A program made the position numbers and the translations under genes. A stretch of 60,627 nt of DNA from the NCBI GenBank assembly GCA_002314795.1, contig DCHI01000054.1:1-60627 (forward strand), written 5' to 3'. This DNA comes from Bacteroidales bacterium UBA1756 (GTDB taxonomy: Bacteria; Bacteroidota; Bacteroidia; Bacteroidales; WCHB1-69). Positions 18,826-28,206 of the stretch are shown here, piece after piece; positions within the stretch are counted from its first letter, which is position 1; each line of letters starts with the position of its first letter. The notes under the pieces were generated by a model. That model was not told the origin of the DNA and searched no databases. It worked only from the letters and a program-made list of their open reading frames with translations.

Positions 18826-19506
18826 TTAGTTGGCGGGATTAACTTCTAATAATTCAACTTCAAAAACCAAAGTGGAACCGGGTTTGATGCCTTGAGTTCC
18901 ACGATCGCCATAACCGAGGTCGGAAGGAATGTAGAGGATGTATTTGGAACCTTCGGACATCAGTTGGAGACCTTCCGTCCAACCTTTGATTACGCCGTTG
19001 AGCGGGAAGGTGATGGGTTCGCCGCGGTCGTAGGAAGAATCAAAAACGGTGCCATCAAGCAGGGTTCCTTTGTAGTGGACTTTCACTTTGTCGGTAGCCA
19101 AAGGTTTCTTGCCCGTACCGGCAGTTACCACTTTGTATTGAAGTCCGGAGGCGGTTTCTACCACATCCTTGTTTTCAGCTTTGTTTTTTGCCAAGAAAGC
19201 AACGCCAGCGGCCTTTTCATCTTGGAGGAGCTTGTCTTGGTGTGCGCGAGCTACTTTGTCCAAATATTCGAATGCGGCCTGCATCTGTTCCGGTGTGAAA
19301 TCACTCTTTTCAGCAACTCCGTCCTTGATTCCTTTCAAGAAAAGGTCATAATCGATTTCGAGTCCTAAGTTACGGAATTGGTCGCCACTGTTAACACCCA
19401 GTGCGTAGCTCATTTTTTGGTTGTCTGTCATTTCGGTTTGTGCTTTTAAATTGGCGTTGCAACCTATGATGGCGGCACACGCGATGATGAATAATTTTTT
19501 TGTCAT
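18826..19506 (-). CDS. FKBP-type peptidyl-prolyl cis-trans isomerase (FkpA/Mip-like, secreted)
   Basis: The C-terminal FKBP domain reads VKVHYKGTLLDGTVFDSSYDRGEPITFPLNGVIKGWTEGLQLM..GSKYILYIPSDLGYGDRG. There is an N-terminal signal peptide and a dimerisation-helix region. Confidence 0.9.
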   Translation of the reverse strand: MTKKLFIIACAAIIGCNANLKAQTEMTDNQKMSYALGVNSGDQFRNLGLEIDYDLFLKGIKDGVAEKSDFTPEQMQAAFEYLDKVARAHQDKLLQDEKAAGVAFLAKNKAENKDVVETASGLQYKVVTAGTGKKPLATDKVKVHYKGTLLDGTVFDSSYDRGEPITFPLNGVIKGWTEGLQLMSEGSKYILYIPSDLGYGDRGTQGIKPGSTLVFEVELLEVNPAN

Positions 19507-19539
19507 TTCTATGATTTTTTATTTTTCAAAAACGAGGCG

Positions 19540-19547
19540 CAAAAATA
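19540..19547 (-). promoter_or_regulatory. -7 box TATTTTTG upstream of the FKBP gene
   Basis: The reverse complement reads cgTATTTTTGcgcc, about 34 nt upstream of the ATG at 19506. Confidence 0.5.
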
Positions 19548-19716
19548 CGAATTTGTTTGTAAGGTACGGCAACATTTGTTCATTTTAATTGTATAACAAA
19601 AAGATGCGTAAAAAAATTTTATTTTTTTGTAACATTATGAAAAATTGTTCCGTATAACCCCAACGAACAACAAAAGGAAATAAATCCTTTACGTATCATT
19701 AAAGGTTAATGGTTAT

Positions 19717-19747
19717 CAACGGCGGAGGGGTCCGCCGTTGTTTTTTT
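19717..19747 (+). terminator. Intrinsic-terminator hairpin (10-bp perfect stem, GGGG loop, T7 tract on plus strand)
   Basis: The sequence is caacggcgga-gggg-tccgccgttg followed by ttttttt. The T-tract lies on the plus strand only, although every neighbouring gene is on the minus strand. It ends 4 nt from the lolA-like stop. Confidence 0.55.
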
Positions 19748-19750
19748 ATG

Positions 19751-20383
19751 TCATTCGTCAAATTCCGTGTCGGCAATAGTAACGTTCTTCTGTTGATTGG
19801 AAAACGTAATAGTGGTAACGTCCCCCTTTTTTTCTTTTAGAACAACCTTTTTGGCAATCAGCGTCGTTGGGTTTAGATAAACCTCCATTGAACTATACAA
19901 CTCGCTTATTTTCTTGTCTTTAGGTGTAAGTTTGGCCAACAATGTGCCATCTTTTCCAACATACAAAGCAACGGAGAAGTTTGTCTGTTTCGTCAATTCT
20001 TCGCCATTGACCGTATTCATAATCATCTTTCCCATATCGCCAATTATCTGGTTGCTGATTGCTCCTTTTTCATTTTTGAAAAAAGAACCTTTCTTATTCA
20101 GAATGATGGAAAAATTTTTCGGAGATGTGTAATTCCAACGAAGCAGCCCACCTTTTTTGTAAAGCATATTTCCCTTTGAAACAGCCGGATTGGTAAGCAA
20201 CTTTGATTTTTTTTCTTGTGCGAAATCCAATTTCAAAGTTTTGAGCTGTTCGGAATTCTTTTTTATTTTTTGAATGGTGGCTGTCTTTTCAGCTGAACTA
20301 AGTGCTTTGTACGTTGCGGTTTGCGAAAATACGGAAGCGGTGAAAAAGACGACGATTCCAATGAAATTGATGATGGTTCTCAT
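19751..20383 (-). CDS. LolA-like outer-membrane lipoprotein carrier family protein
   Basis: 210 aa with a signal peptide. The pattern L.F.Q.K.S.LL......G.........W.Y..P and the size are typical of Bacteroidetes LolA-like proteins. Confidence 0.65.
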   Translation of the reverse strand: MRTIINFIGIVVFFTASVFSQTATYKALSSAEKTATIQKIKKNSEQLKTLKLDFAQEKKSKLLTNPAVSKGNMLYKKGGLLRWNYTSPKNFSIILNKKGSFFKNEKGAISNQIIGDMGKMIMNTVNGEELTKQTNFSVALYVGKDGTLLAKLTPKDKKISELYSSMEVYLNPTTLIAKKVVLKEKKGDVTTITFSNQQKNVTIADTEFDE

Positions 20384-20516
20384 TGTTTAATATTTTATAT
20401 ATTTGGTAATGAGTATGATAGTAGTTATTTCAGAAGATATTCCCCACCTATTAGGAGGGGGTGGTAATATGAATGATTTTTTACAAAATTTTATTACATC
20501 ATTTTTTATAATGTGA

Positions 20517-21881
20517 TTATTCTGTGGCAAGTGCTAAAAATTCTTCGTCGGCGTGGAAGATTTCGGCAATGCGAAGGGCCTCTGCCGGAACCTCGTCAGA
20601 GTTGGTTTCAACTAACGAGTAGTCCATATATCGGTTAATGTTGTGTGGGGTGATGGTGTCCGACACCTCATCTACACGAAGTCCGTTCACACGAAGTCGG
20701 CGGCACTTTGCCTGAATCCCGCCATAATGCGTCGTCACGACGGACATAACACCATATTTTTGCATCATTTGGACGAACGCGTTCACGATGCGTTTGCCCT
20801 CGTCAGGGTTCGTCGTACGCGCCAACTCATCCACCAAGGCCAAAACCTTTCTCCCACTTTTCACGGTTGCTATGATGTCGTTGATGTTCAACACCTCCAC
20901 CGCGAAAGAAGATAGTCCGTGCTTTTCCGACTGCGTGTCGTCAATGATGCAGAAAATCACGTCCACGGGCACGATGGCAGCGGCTTCGGCGGGAACGTAA
21001 AAACCGAATTGAAAAAGGTACTGAGTCAGCGTTAACGATTTGAGAACTACAGTTTTGCCTGACATATTGGCACCGGTAATCAAGCAAGGACCGTTTTCCA
21101 ATTCAATGTCAACGGCTTGAAACGATTCGCCTCTGTTCTTCAACCGCGTTGCCACTTCAGGATGAAACAGTTGTTGAAACGTGCTTTTTTTGTCGGCTAT
21201 CGTTGGCTTGCAAAGGTTCCATTCCACGGCCATCTGTGCCTTTGCGTTCAGCAGATCCAAAAGCGCAATGCGAGTCAGGTTGTCTTGCAGATTTTTCCAA
21301 TATGGGTGCAACAATTCCGTCAGCTTCTGTCGGATGGAATCCTCCATTTGCAGAGCTTGAAAGTTCAGTTCGTCGCGGCGGGCAGCATCTTCGGTTTCTT
21401 GAATCCGTTTCCGCAGTGCGGCTAAATTTTCATCGTAAGCAGAATAGACATAGAAATGAGCGATGCGACTTCCTTCAGGATCAAGCAGTTGAATCACTTT
21501 TGACAAATCGTGCAGCGGAGCGCCTTCGTAGTGTGAATCTTGTAAAATGCCCAAAATATGTTGCGATGCGAGGGCGAATTTTTTCACCTCAAAAAGTTCG
21601 ATGTCGTCCAAAATATGAAGAAACCGAAGATTCAGAATGGTTTGACGGATGTCGTTGATTTCGTGGAAATCCATCACCAACGAGCGAACGGCGTCGGGGG
21701 ATTTTTTTTGAAAAGCGATGTGCTTTTCAATTTTGTCAAATTCCTCTTTCAGAAGATCGGGCTTTGAACAAAGCAACTGATGTTGCAGCAACGAACGTCC
21801 CAACGACGAGCAGATCTTCAAGTTTTCATAAACGTACTGAAGGCCGCTGACTTCCGAAATGTAATGTCTGAATTGTTTCAT
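20517..21881 (-). CDS. MutS-related protein (domain III/V ATPase only, no mismatch-binding domain)
   Basis: Walker A is ITGANMSGKTVVLKSLTL. Walker B and the MutS signature read VLALVDELARTTNPDEGKRI...VVTTHY. I used the ATG at 21881 (MKQFRHY) because the ORF-track start at 21902 is TTG. Confidence 0.75.
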   Translation of the reverse strand: MKQFRHYISEVSGLQYVYENLKICSSLGRSLLQHQLLCSKPDLLKEEFDKIEKHIAFQKKSPDAVRSLVMDFHEINDIRQTILNLRFLHILDDIELFEVKKFALASQHILGILQDSHYEGAPLHDLSKVIQLLDPEGSRIAHFYVYSAYDENLAALRKRIQETEDAARRDELNFQALQMEDSIRQKLTELLHPYWKNLQDNLTRIALLDLLNAKAQMAVEWNLCKPTIADKKSTFQQLFHPEVATRLKNRGESFQAVDIELENGPCLITGANMSGKTVVLKSLTLTQYLFQFGFYVPAEAAAIVPVDVIFCIIDDTQSEKHGLSSFAVEVLNINDIIATVKSGRKVLALVDELARTTNPDEGKRIVNAFVQMMQKYGVMSVVTTHYGGIQAKCRRLRVNGLRVDEVSDTITPHNINRYMDYSLVETNSDEVPAEALRIAEIFHADEEFLALATE

Positions 21882-21922
21882 CTTGATATAAAAAAGCGCC
21901 AAGAAAACTCGGCGCTAAAACG

Positions 21923-23863
21923 TTATTTTCTATTCTTTTGTTGTTTTGCCAACTGTTGTTGTTGCTTAGCCAATTCTTCCATCTTCATTTGCCATCTGGA
22001 TTTTTTGACGGGCTTGCTCATATTGTTCACTAATTTTTGACGGAGTTTGTTTTCGTTAATGAGAACGCGGAACAACCACATCTGGAAGAACGTGATGAGG
22101 TTCACCAACAAATAGTAATAGGTAAGTGCGGATGAGAAACTGTTGAACATTCCGAGGAACAGAATCGGCATAATGTACATCATAATTTTCATCGATTTCA
22201 TCTGTTGGTCATTGCCGGCCGACATCAATTTGTTGTTGAGCCACGTGTAAACGAGAGTGGCGATGGTCATCAGGAGGGTGAACAAACTGACGTGGTCGCC
22301 GTAGAAAGGAATGTTGAAACCGAAATCCAAGATGGAATCGTAGGTGGAAAGGTCTTCGGCCCAAAGGAATGGCTGCTGGCGCAATTCGTATGCGGATGGG
22401 AAGAAACGGAACATAGCGATAAGAATCGGCATTTGGAGGAGCATCGGCAGGCATCCGGCCATTGGGCTAACGCCCGCCTTCTTGTACAAGGTCATAGTGG
22501 CCTGCTGCTTTTTCATCATATCGTCCTGTTTGGGGTATTTGGCGTTAATCTCCTCGATTTCAGGTTTTAAAACGCGCATTTTTGCCGACGACATATACGT
22601 TTTGTAGGCGACGGGGAGCAGAACGATTTTGATGATGATGGTTAAAATCAGAATGATGATACCGTAGCTGATGCCGTATGCTTCCAACCAGTTGAAAATC
22701 GGGATGACGGCAACGCGGTTAATCCAATGGAGCAAGAAGAATCCCCAGCCGAGCGGAACCATCTTTTCAAGGTTCATTCCGTAAGGTTCCAAAAGTTTGT
22801 ATTGGTTGGGACCAAAATACAAGCCCATATCAAATTGACCTTCGTCCACGTTTTTCACGTCGAAAGCCAGTTCCGCATTCATATTTTTAATAAGGGGGCG
22901 ATGTTCTTCTTCCGGACGAACGACTTCCAGATGTCCTTTCTTGAAAGAGCCTTCCTTTGTCATCATAATGGAGGTGAAGAACTGTTGTTTGAAAGACACC
23001 CATTTCAGATTGGTCGTGAGGTCCTTCGTATCGGAAGCGCGTTCATCGAGGTTATCCACCTCGTTGAGGTTGTCCATATAATATAAGGTAGTGGCGTCGC
23101 GCTCGTAGTCGTAGTTTTTCTCCACATTGTTGATACTTGCGGACCAATCGATAGCAAATTCGCGTTTGTTTTTGTAAATGTATTTCGAAAGATTGACAAA
23201 ACGGATGGAATAGTCGAATTGGTAGTCGTTCGGACGGAACGTATAGAGGTATTCCAAATAGCTGGTGGTATCGATGGCACGGGCAGTAGCTCCGGAATCG
23301 GCGGGCAAGTAAGGGTAGAGGCGGAGTGACAAGGACTGTTCGCCGTCGCCCTGGACGTTCAGTGTGTCGGTTGAAGCGGCGAAGAAGAAGTCGCTGGTGC
23401 GGACGACGGTGTAGTCGGGGAGTTTGAACTCGAAGCCCATTTGAGAACTTTTCCCGTCAAACAGAACCAAGGACTCTTTGGGTTGGTCCTTGGGGGTATA
23501 GCGGTAAATTTTCGGAAATTCCACGCGATTTACGAAGCCGCCGATGCGAGAAAAGTGGTAGGTAGCCACGTTGGTGTTGACTACGTAGTCGGAAGTGATG
23601 GTAGAATCGACGTAGCCGAACACGCCATTTTCTTGAACCGGAGCAGCGACTTCTGCGGGAGTGGTTTTTATGGAATCGGCGGCAGTGCTATCGGCTTTTG
23701 CTTGGGCTGCCATTTCAACTTCTTTCTTTACTTTCTCCTGTTGCTCAGCTATTTGCTTGGCCTTTTCTGCATTTGCTTTCTTGGCTTTGTTCGTTGCATA
23801 AAAGCTGTAGCCCATCAATAAACCCATAATGAGCAACAGTCCGATAATTGTATTTTTGTCCAT
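21923..23863 (-). CDS. yidC: Membrane protein insertase YidC
   Basis: 646 aa with an N-terminal TM segment, a large periplasmic domain and a C-terminal 60-kDa IMP core (GWGFFLLHWI...GCLPMLLQMPILIAMF...). It ends in a basic tail. Confidence 0.95.
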   Translation of the reverse strand: MDKNTIIGLLLIMGLLMGYSFYATNKAKKANAEKAKQIAEQQEKVKKEVEMAAQAKADSTAADSIKTTPAEVAAPVQENGVFGYVDSTITSDYVVNTNVATYHFSRIGGFVNRVEFPKIYRYTPKDQPKESLVLFDGKSSQMGFEFKLPDYTVVRTSDFFFAASTDTLNVQGDGEQSLSLRLYPYLPADSGATARAIDTTSYLEYLYTFRPNDYQFDYSIRFVNLSKYIYKNKREFAIDWSASINNVEKNYDYERDATTLYYMDNLNEVDNLDERASDTKDLTTNLKWVSFKQQFFTSIMMTKEGSFKKGHLEVVRPEEEHRPLIKNMNAELAFDVKNVDEGQFDMGLYFGPNQYKLLEPYGMNLEKMVPLGWGFFLLHWINRVAVIPIFNWLEAYGISYGIIILILTIIIKIVLLPVAYKTYMSSAKMRVLKPEIEEINAKYPKQDDMMKKQQATMTLYKKAGVSPMAGCLPMLLQMPILIAMFRFFPSAYELRQQPFLWAEDLSTYDSILDFGFNIPFYGDHVSLFTLLMTIATLVYTWLNNKLMSAGNDQQMKSMKIMMYIMPILFLGMFNSFSSALTYYYLLVNLITFFQMWLFRVLINENKLRQKLVNNMSKPVKKSRWQMKMEELAKQQQQLAKQQKNRK

Positions 23864-23889
23864 CTATACAGTATTTGAAAATTAGCCGG

Positions 23890-23897
23890 CAAAGATA
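23890..23897 (-). promoter_or_regulatory. -7 box TATCTTTG upstream of yidC
   Basis: The reverse complement reads cgTATCTTTGccggc, about 27 nt upstream of the ATG at 23863. Confidence 0.5.
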
Positions 23898-23963
23898 CGA
23901 CGAAAGTTTGAAACAAAAGAAAAAAATATTTTTCAGAAATGTTGTATGGAAGGAAAAAAGTTG

Positions 23964-23971
23964 TATTTTTG
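23964..23971 (+). promoter_or_regulatory. -7 box TATTTTTG upstream of tRNA-Leu
   Basis: The sequence is ttgTATTTTTGccgc, 19 nt before the tRNA 5' end. Confidence 0.5.
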
Positions 23972-23989
23972 CCGCCTCAAAAAACCGAT

Positions 23990-24073
23990 GCCCAGGTGGC
24001 GGAATAGGTAGACGCGTCGGTCTCAAAAACCGATGAGGTAACACTCGTGCCGGTTCGATCCCGGCCCCGGGTA
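23990..24073 (+). tRNA. tRNA-Leu (anticodon CAA)
   Basis: Hand fold: acceptor GCCCAGG/CCCGGGT (one G-U, one A-C mismatch), anticodon stem TCGGT/ACCGA, loop CTCAAAA, long variable arm, T-arm GCCGG-TTCGATC-CCGGC. CCA is not encoded. Confidence 0.8.
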
Positions 24074-24074
24074 C

Positions 24075-24111
24075 AAAAGCGGAGGAATCACCAGATTCGT
24101 CCGCTTTTTTT
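24075..24111 (+). terminator. Intrinsic terminator after tRNA-Leu
   Basis: Stem aaaagcgga / tccgctttt followed by a T-run. Confidence 0.65.
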
Positions 24112-24159
24112 ATTCTCAGCAACAAGGTTTTGCACTTGAGCCGTTTCAATTTGAAAGTG

Positions 24160-24167
24160 TATCTTTG
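24160..24167 (+). promoter_or_regulatory. -7 box TATCTTTG upstream of the YfcC-family gene
   Basis: The sequence is gtgTATCTTTGccgc, 25 nt before the ATG at 24192. Confidence 0.5.
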
Positions 24168-24191
24168 CCGCTTCATTTAATTTGAAATTTT

Positions 24192-25793
24192 ATGGCTTCC
24201 AAATTTAAGATTCCGCACACCTTTACAATCGTTTTTTCAATTGTAATTGCTTGTGCATTATTAACTTGGATAATTCCAGGAGGCGAGTTCGCCCGCGAAT
24301 CCGTTATGGTTGATGGAACGGCCAAGGAGGTCGTCGCCGCAGATTCCTACCATTCTGTTGACCACGTGCCGCAGACGTGGCAGGTTTTCACCGCTTTTCA
24401 CGACGGTTTTAAGAAAAGTGCAAACATCATCGTTTTTATTTTAATGATTGGTGGCGGCTTTTGGATTCTCAACACGACGAACGCGGTCAATGTGGGCATC
24501 TATTCATTTTTGAATTTCACGAAACGTCTCCAGAAAAGAAAGTTCTTTCAAAAAATAGGCGTGAACAATTTGGTGATTGTTCTTATTATGCTTCTATTCA
24601 GTTCGTTCGGAGCCATTTTTGGAATGAGCGAGGAGACACTCGCTTTCGTGGTCATCTTCGTTCCGTTAGCTATTTCAATGGGCTACGACTCGGTGACGGG
24701 GCTGCTGATGTGTTACGTGGCCGCCCACGTCGGTTTTGCCGGCGCACTGTTCAATCCCTTTACCATCGGAATCGCCCAGGGACTTTCAGGATTGCAACCG
24801 TTCTCGGGTTTGGAGTACCGCTTTTTCTGTTGGATATTATTGACAATCATTGTAATAGCTTTCACTCTCGTTTACGCTGCTCGTGTGAAAAAAAATCCGC
24901 AACGTTCGTTTATGTATGAGGAGGATGCCTATTGGCGCCAGTCGTCAGCACAATCTACCGACCAACAAGCTTGCAAATCTATCGCAACCACGTGGGTGGT
25001 TTATGGCCTGATTTCTGCACTCTTGGTCTTTGTCGCAATCACTTTCCCAAAAACAGAAATTTCCTTGGGCGGCTCCACCCGTTCGCTCATCCTTTTTCCT
25101 ATTATTGCATTGATTTACATTGCGTTGGGATTTTTTGCCACGAAACGTTCCATCCACGATTCCATCCTTCTCATTTTGTTCCTCACGATTGTCGTGTTGG
25201 TAGTGGGCGTTTTGGGCTACGGCTGGTACGTCGGTGAAATTGCTGGCTTGTTTTTAGCAATGGGACTGGCGTCCGGTTTTGCTTTTGGCACGCGCTTCGA
25301 CCAGATTGTCCGCCAGTTTTTAGAGGGTTGCAAGGATATAATGACGGCGGCGTTGGTCGTCGGAATGGCGAGCGGCATCGTCATCATTCTTCAAGAAGGA
25401 AAAGTGATGGATACTATGTTGTATGCGGCTTCGCAATGCGTGGCAGGAAGTGGCAAAGTGAGCGCTGTCGGTGGTATGTACGCCATTCAGAATCTGCTGA
25501 ATCTGATTATTCCGTCTGGTTCGGCGAAGGCCGCACTTACCATTCCAATGATGGCCGAATTTTCTGATTTGGTGGGAATTTCACGACAGGTGAACGTTCT
25601 CGCGTTCCAATTCGGAGATGGTTTTACGAATATGATTACGCCGACATCGGGAGTGCTTGTCGGCGCACTCGGCATTGCACGAATCCCTTACGCGAAATGG
25701 GCCAAGTTCATTTTCCCCTTCATCTTAGTCCTGATTGTTGTAGGATTTTTATTACTTTTGCCGACCATTTTTTTCACCTTTAATGGCTTTTGA
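24192..25793 (+). CDS. YfcC-family (DcuC-like C4-dicarboxylate anaerobic carrier superfamily) membrane transporter
   Basis: 533 aa and polytopic. The N-terminus FKIPHTFTIVFSIVIACALLTWIIPGGEF is characteristic of YfcC. Confidence 0.8.
   Translation: MASKFKIPHTFTIVFSIVIACALLTWIIPGGEFARESVMVDGTAKEVVAADSYHSVDHVPQTWQVFTAFHDGFKKSANIIVFILMIGGGFWILNTTNAVNVGIYSFLNFTKRLQKRKFFQKIGVNNLVIVLIMLLFSSFGAIFGMSEETLAFVVIFVPLAISMGYDSVTGLLMCYVAAHVGFAGALFNPFTIGIAQGLSGLQPFSGLEYRFFCWILLTIIVIAFTLVYAARVKKNPQRSFMYEEDAYWRQSSAQSTDQQACKSIATTWVVYGLISALLVFVAITFPKTEISLGGSTRSLILFPIIALIYIALGFFATKRSIHDSILLILFLTIVVLVVGVLGYGWYVGEIAGLFLAMGLASGFAFGTRFDQIVRQFLEGCKDIMTAALVVGMASGIVIILQEGKVMDTMLYAASQCVAGSGKVSAVGGMYAIQNLLNLIIPSGSAKAALTIPMMAEFSDLVGISRQVNVLAFQFGDGFTNMITPTSGVLVGALGIARIPYAKWAKFIFPFILVLIVVGFLLLLPTIFFTFNGF
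25753..25760 (+). promoter_or_regulatory. Internal -7 box TACTTTTG inside the YfcC 3' end, upstream of the next gene
   Basis: The sequence is atTACTTTTGccg, 33 nt before the ATG at 25793. Confidence 0.35.
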
Positions 25794-26686
25794 TGATGTT
25801 CAATAAGTTTTTTAAAATTGCTATTGTCACTTTTTTTATAACACTTTGTTATTCTGCAAATTCGCAAAATGATAACTACTATTTTTATCACGATTATGAA
25901 GCGTGGGAAGGTGGTATTTATATGGGAGTCAACTCTTTTTATGGCGATGTGAATGACAATACGAACAAGATTTTTCCCGCAACTCCTTTCCAAAAATCTT
26001 TCTATAAGGATCGTAATTTCGTGGTTGGCGGTTATTTTGGAAAAAGAATGACTCCGTTCTGGACGCTGTCGTTGGATTTTAATTTTGGAAAAGTTGCCGG
26101 CCGTGACAAGTACAACAACCTCGCTTTTAGCACCTCGTGGAACACGCAGGTGGTGTTGTCCAATACGTTGGACATTCTTTCTATGTGTAATTTGGATACA
26201 AAATGGTCCGTTTACCCAAAAATCGGAGTCGGAGTGTATGCGTTTCGTTCCCAACTCCGTAACACATTGACAGGTAATACGGAAGCGGTTTATCCAAATG
26301 TCTTTATTGCCGAAGACGGAACCATCAAAGCCGCGGGCTATCGCTGTTCCGTCGCTATGCCACTGATGTTGGGCGCAGGTTTCCGTCCGCTTCCCGAACT
26401 TCGGGTCTTTTTGGAAACCGGTGTCACGTGGGTTTTCAATGACTTTTTGGATTGTACGCCGAGTTCTTCACGCAAGTTTGAAGGCGTTTGGAACACGGTC
26501 ATCGGGGTAAGTTACCAATTTAATTTTACACCGCATCGTGGAGCCAATCCGCGTAATGCAACGGCAAACGAAGCATTGAAAGACGATGGCGTCACGAAAA
26601 AGTACAAAAAGCAGCGCTACAAATCCAACTTGGGTAATGGCGGTCACCCGCGTTACAGCAAGTCCAGCGCGATGAAAAAGCATTAA
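25793..26686 (+). CDS. Outer-membrane beta-barrel protein (porin-superfamily-like), basic C-terminal tail
   Basis: Signal peptide MMFNKFFKIAIVTFFITLCYSANSQ. The sequence shows alternating aromatic/hydrophobic beta-strand patterns. The ATG overlaps the YfcC stop (TGATG). Confidence 0.55.
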   Translation: MMFNKFFKIAIVTFFITLCYSANSQNDNYYFYHDYEAWEGGIYMGVNSFYGDVNDNTNKIFPATPFQKSFYKDRNFVVGGYFGKRMTPFWTLSLDFNFGKVAGRDKYNNLAFSTSWNTQVVLSNTLDILSMCNLDTKWSVYPKIGVGVYAFRSQLRNTLTGNTEAVYPNVFIAEDGTIKAAGYRCSVAMPLMLGAGFRPLPELRVFLETGVTWVFNDFLDCTPSSSRKFEGVWNTVIGVSYQFNFTPHRGANPRNATANEALKDDGVTKKYKKQRYKSNLGNGGHPRYSKSSAMKKH

Positions 26687-26693
26687 TACAAAG

Positions 26694-26724
26694 AAGGAGG
26701 CACCTTGACTGCCTCCTTTTTTAT
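26694..26724. terminator. Hairpin terminator between convergent genes
   Basis: Stem aaggaggca / tgcctcctt followed by tttt on the plus strand. Confidence 0.6.
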
Positions 26725-26738
26725 TTGAATCATTGATT

Positions 26739-28085
26739 TTAAATCCCTTCCACTACGAGTTGGGCATTCTCGAATTTCACGACGCGAACGGGCGCCCCCG
26801 TTTCCACCACTCCCGAAATGGAGACGGCATCGTAAAAATCCCCATCAATCTCAACTTTTCCTGCCGGACGCATAAATGTGGTGGCAATTCCTTCTTTTCC
26901 AACGAGTTCCGTCAAATGTGAATCAACGGAAGTGAAACCTTCTGTTTCGTCCAAAGCCGTATCCAAGGCCAATGTACCATAACGGGTTTTCATTGTAAAA
27001 ACTTTTTTCCCTAACCAGAGAGAAATGAAAAAGCCGATAATCAAGGCCGTAATCACATTGAAAAAGTTGCTGATCAAGGCGCCTTTCGGAGCAAAATGAA
27101 AATCAAAGCCAATATTGAAAATCATTGCCAGCACTAAAGATGCCACCATCAGCACGATTCCGCTAATGCCGCAAACGCCAAAGCCGGGGACAACGAATAT
27201 TTCCAAAATGAGCAAGGCAAGTCCCGCTATAAACAGTAGAATTTCCCAATGTGCGGCCAACCCTTGCAGGTAATGTGGCGCAAAAAACAGCAGCGCTCCA
27301 ATAAGTGCAATGATGATGGGAAGTCCTAAGCCGGGCGCCTGAAGTTCAAAGTATATGCCGCCCACCATCATCATAATGAGAATCCCACTGACAACGGGGC
27401 TGACCAAGAAATTGATGAATCGTTCTATCCAGTTGAGTTCCTGCTCCGTGACGGAGTAATTGGTGATTCCGGCCGCTTGAAGTGCCTCATCGCGAGTGGA
27501 AACTTCACCTTCGCAATAACCGTTCTTAATGGCTTCTTTTGTGGTGAAAGTCAGTACTTTGCCTGTGTCGGAAATGCCTTCAACGTAGGTGTCTGGATCC
27601 ACCATCGCTTCCGCAATCATAGGGTTCCGTCCGTTCTTTTCTGCCGTGGAACGCATCAGTGATCGCATATACGATTGGTACTTGTCCGGCATAATTTCGC
27701 CCGATTGGTTCACGACGGACGCCGCTCCAATGGATGCCCCCGGTGACATATAGATGCTGTCGCAGGCAATGGAAATGAGCGCTCCGGCCGAAGCAGCATT
27801 ATTGTTGATGAACACGAACACCGGCACCGGTGCGTCCAACAACAACGTCCGAATCTTGTCCGCTGCATCCAACTCGCCACCGAACGTGTTGATTTCTAAT
27901 AATATGTAATCGTATTTTTTTTCACTCTTTGAAATCTGGTCTAAAGCCAACTGCACTTTGCGGAGTGCCGGCTTGGCGATTTCTTCGTTGATTTGAAAAT
28001 AGTAAACGTTTTTTTGTGCTTGGGTAGATAAAACTCCAAAAAATAGGAGAAAGGTGAATAGAATGCAGGGGAGAAATCGTTTCAT
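26739..28085 (-). CDS. NfeD-family membrane-bound ClpP-class serine protease
   Basis: The ClpP-like N-domain reads LLEINTFGGELDAADKI...NNNAASAGALISIACDSIYMSPGASIGAA. It is followed by multi-TM helices and a C-terminal NfeD OB-fold (AGKVEIDGDFYDAVS..G..E.GAPVRVV). The start was trimmed to the ATG at 28085 (MKRFLPCILF) because a -7 box occupies 28104-28111. Confidence 0.85.
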   Translation of the reverse strand: MKRFLPCILFTFLLFFGVLSTQAQKNVYYFQINEEIAKPALRKVQLALDQISKSEKKYDYILLEINTFGGELDAADKIRTLLLDAPVPVFVFINNNAASAGALISIACDSIYMSPGASIGAASVVNQSGEIMPDKYQSYMRSLMRSTAEKNGRNPMIAEAMVDPDTYVEGISDTGKVLTFTTKEAIKNGYCEGEVSTRDEALQAAGITNYSVTEQELNWIERFINFLVSPVVSGILIMMMVGGIYFELQAPGLGLPIIIALIGALLFFAPHYLQGLAAHWEILLFIAGLALLILEIFVVPGFGVCGISGIVLMVASLVLAMIFNIGFDFHFAPKGALISNFFNVITALIIGFFISLWLGKKVFTMKTRYGTLALDTALDETEGFTSVDSHLTELVGKEGIATTFMRPAGKVEIDGDFYDAVSISGVVETGAPVRVVKFENAQLVVEGI

Positions 28086-28103
28086 ATTATAGATTTTAGG
28101 CCG

Positions 28104-28111
28104 CAAAAGTA
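28104..28111 (-). promoter_or_regulatory. -7 box TACTTTTG upstream of nfeD-like gene
   Basis: The reverse complement reads gcgTACTTTTGcggcc, 19 nt upstream of the ATG at 28085. Confidence 0.5.
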
Positions 28112-28206
28112 CGCTAAAATTTATGAAAAAAGATTATCAGTCAGACAAATACAAGAAAAATTAAAAAAGTTATCAACAATACTTGTATTTCGCTTTCTCG
28201 CCATAG

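Noticed and set aside
20384-20516. A weak hairpin (ccacc ... ggtgg) between the MutS-related and lolA-like genes might be a terminator.
   Set aside because: It has only a 5-bp stem, an 11-nt loop and no T-tract on the relevant strand, which is too weak to call.
23745-24176. A 143-aa minus-strand ORF spans the yidC-yfcC intergenic region.
   Set aside because: It runs antisense through tRNA-Leu (translation contains GIEPARV, the antisense T-arm) and its terminator. It is not a gene.
25688-26254. A 188-aa minus-strand ORF is antisense to the YfcC end and the outer-membrane beta-barrel gene.
   Set aside because: It lies entirely within better-supported plus-strand genes, with no promoter box and a low-complexity translation.
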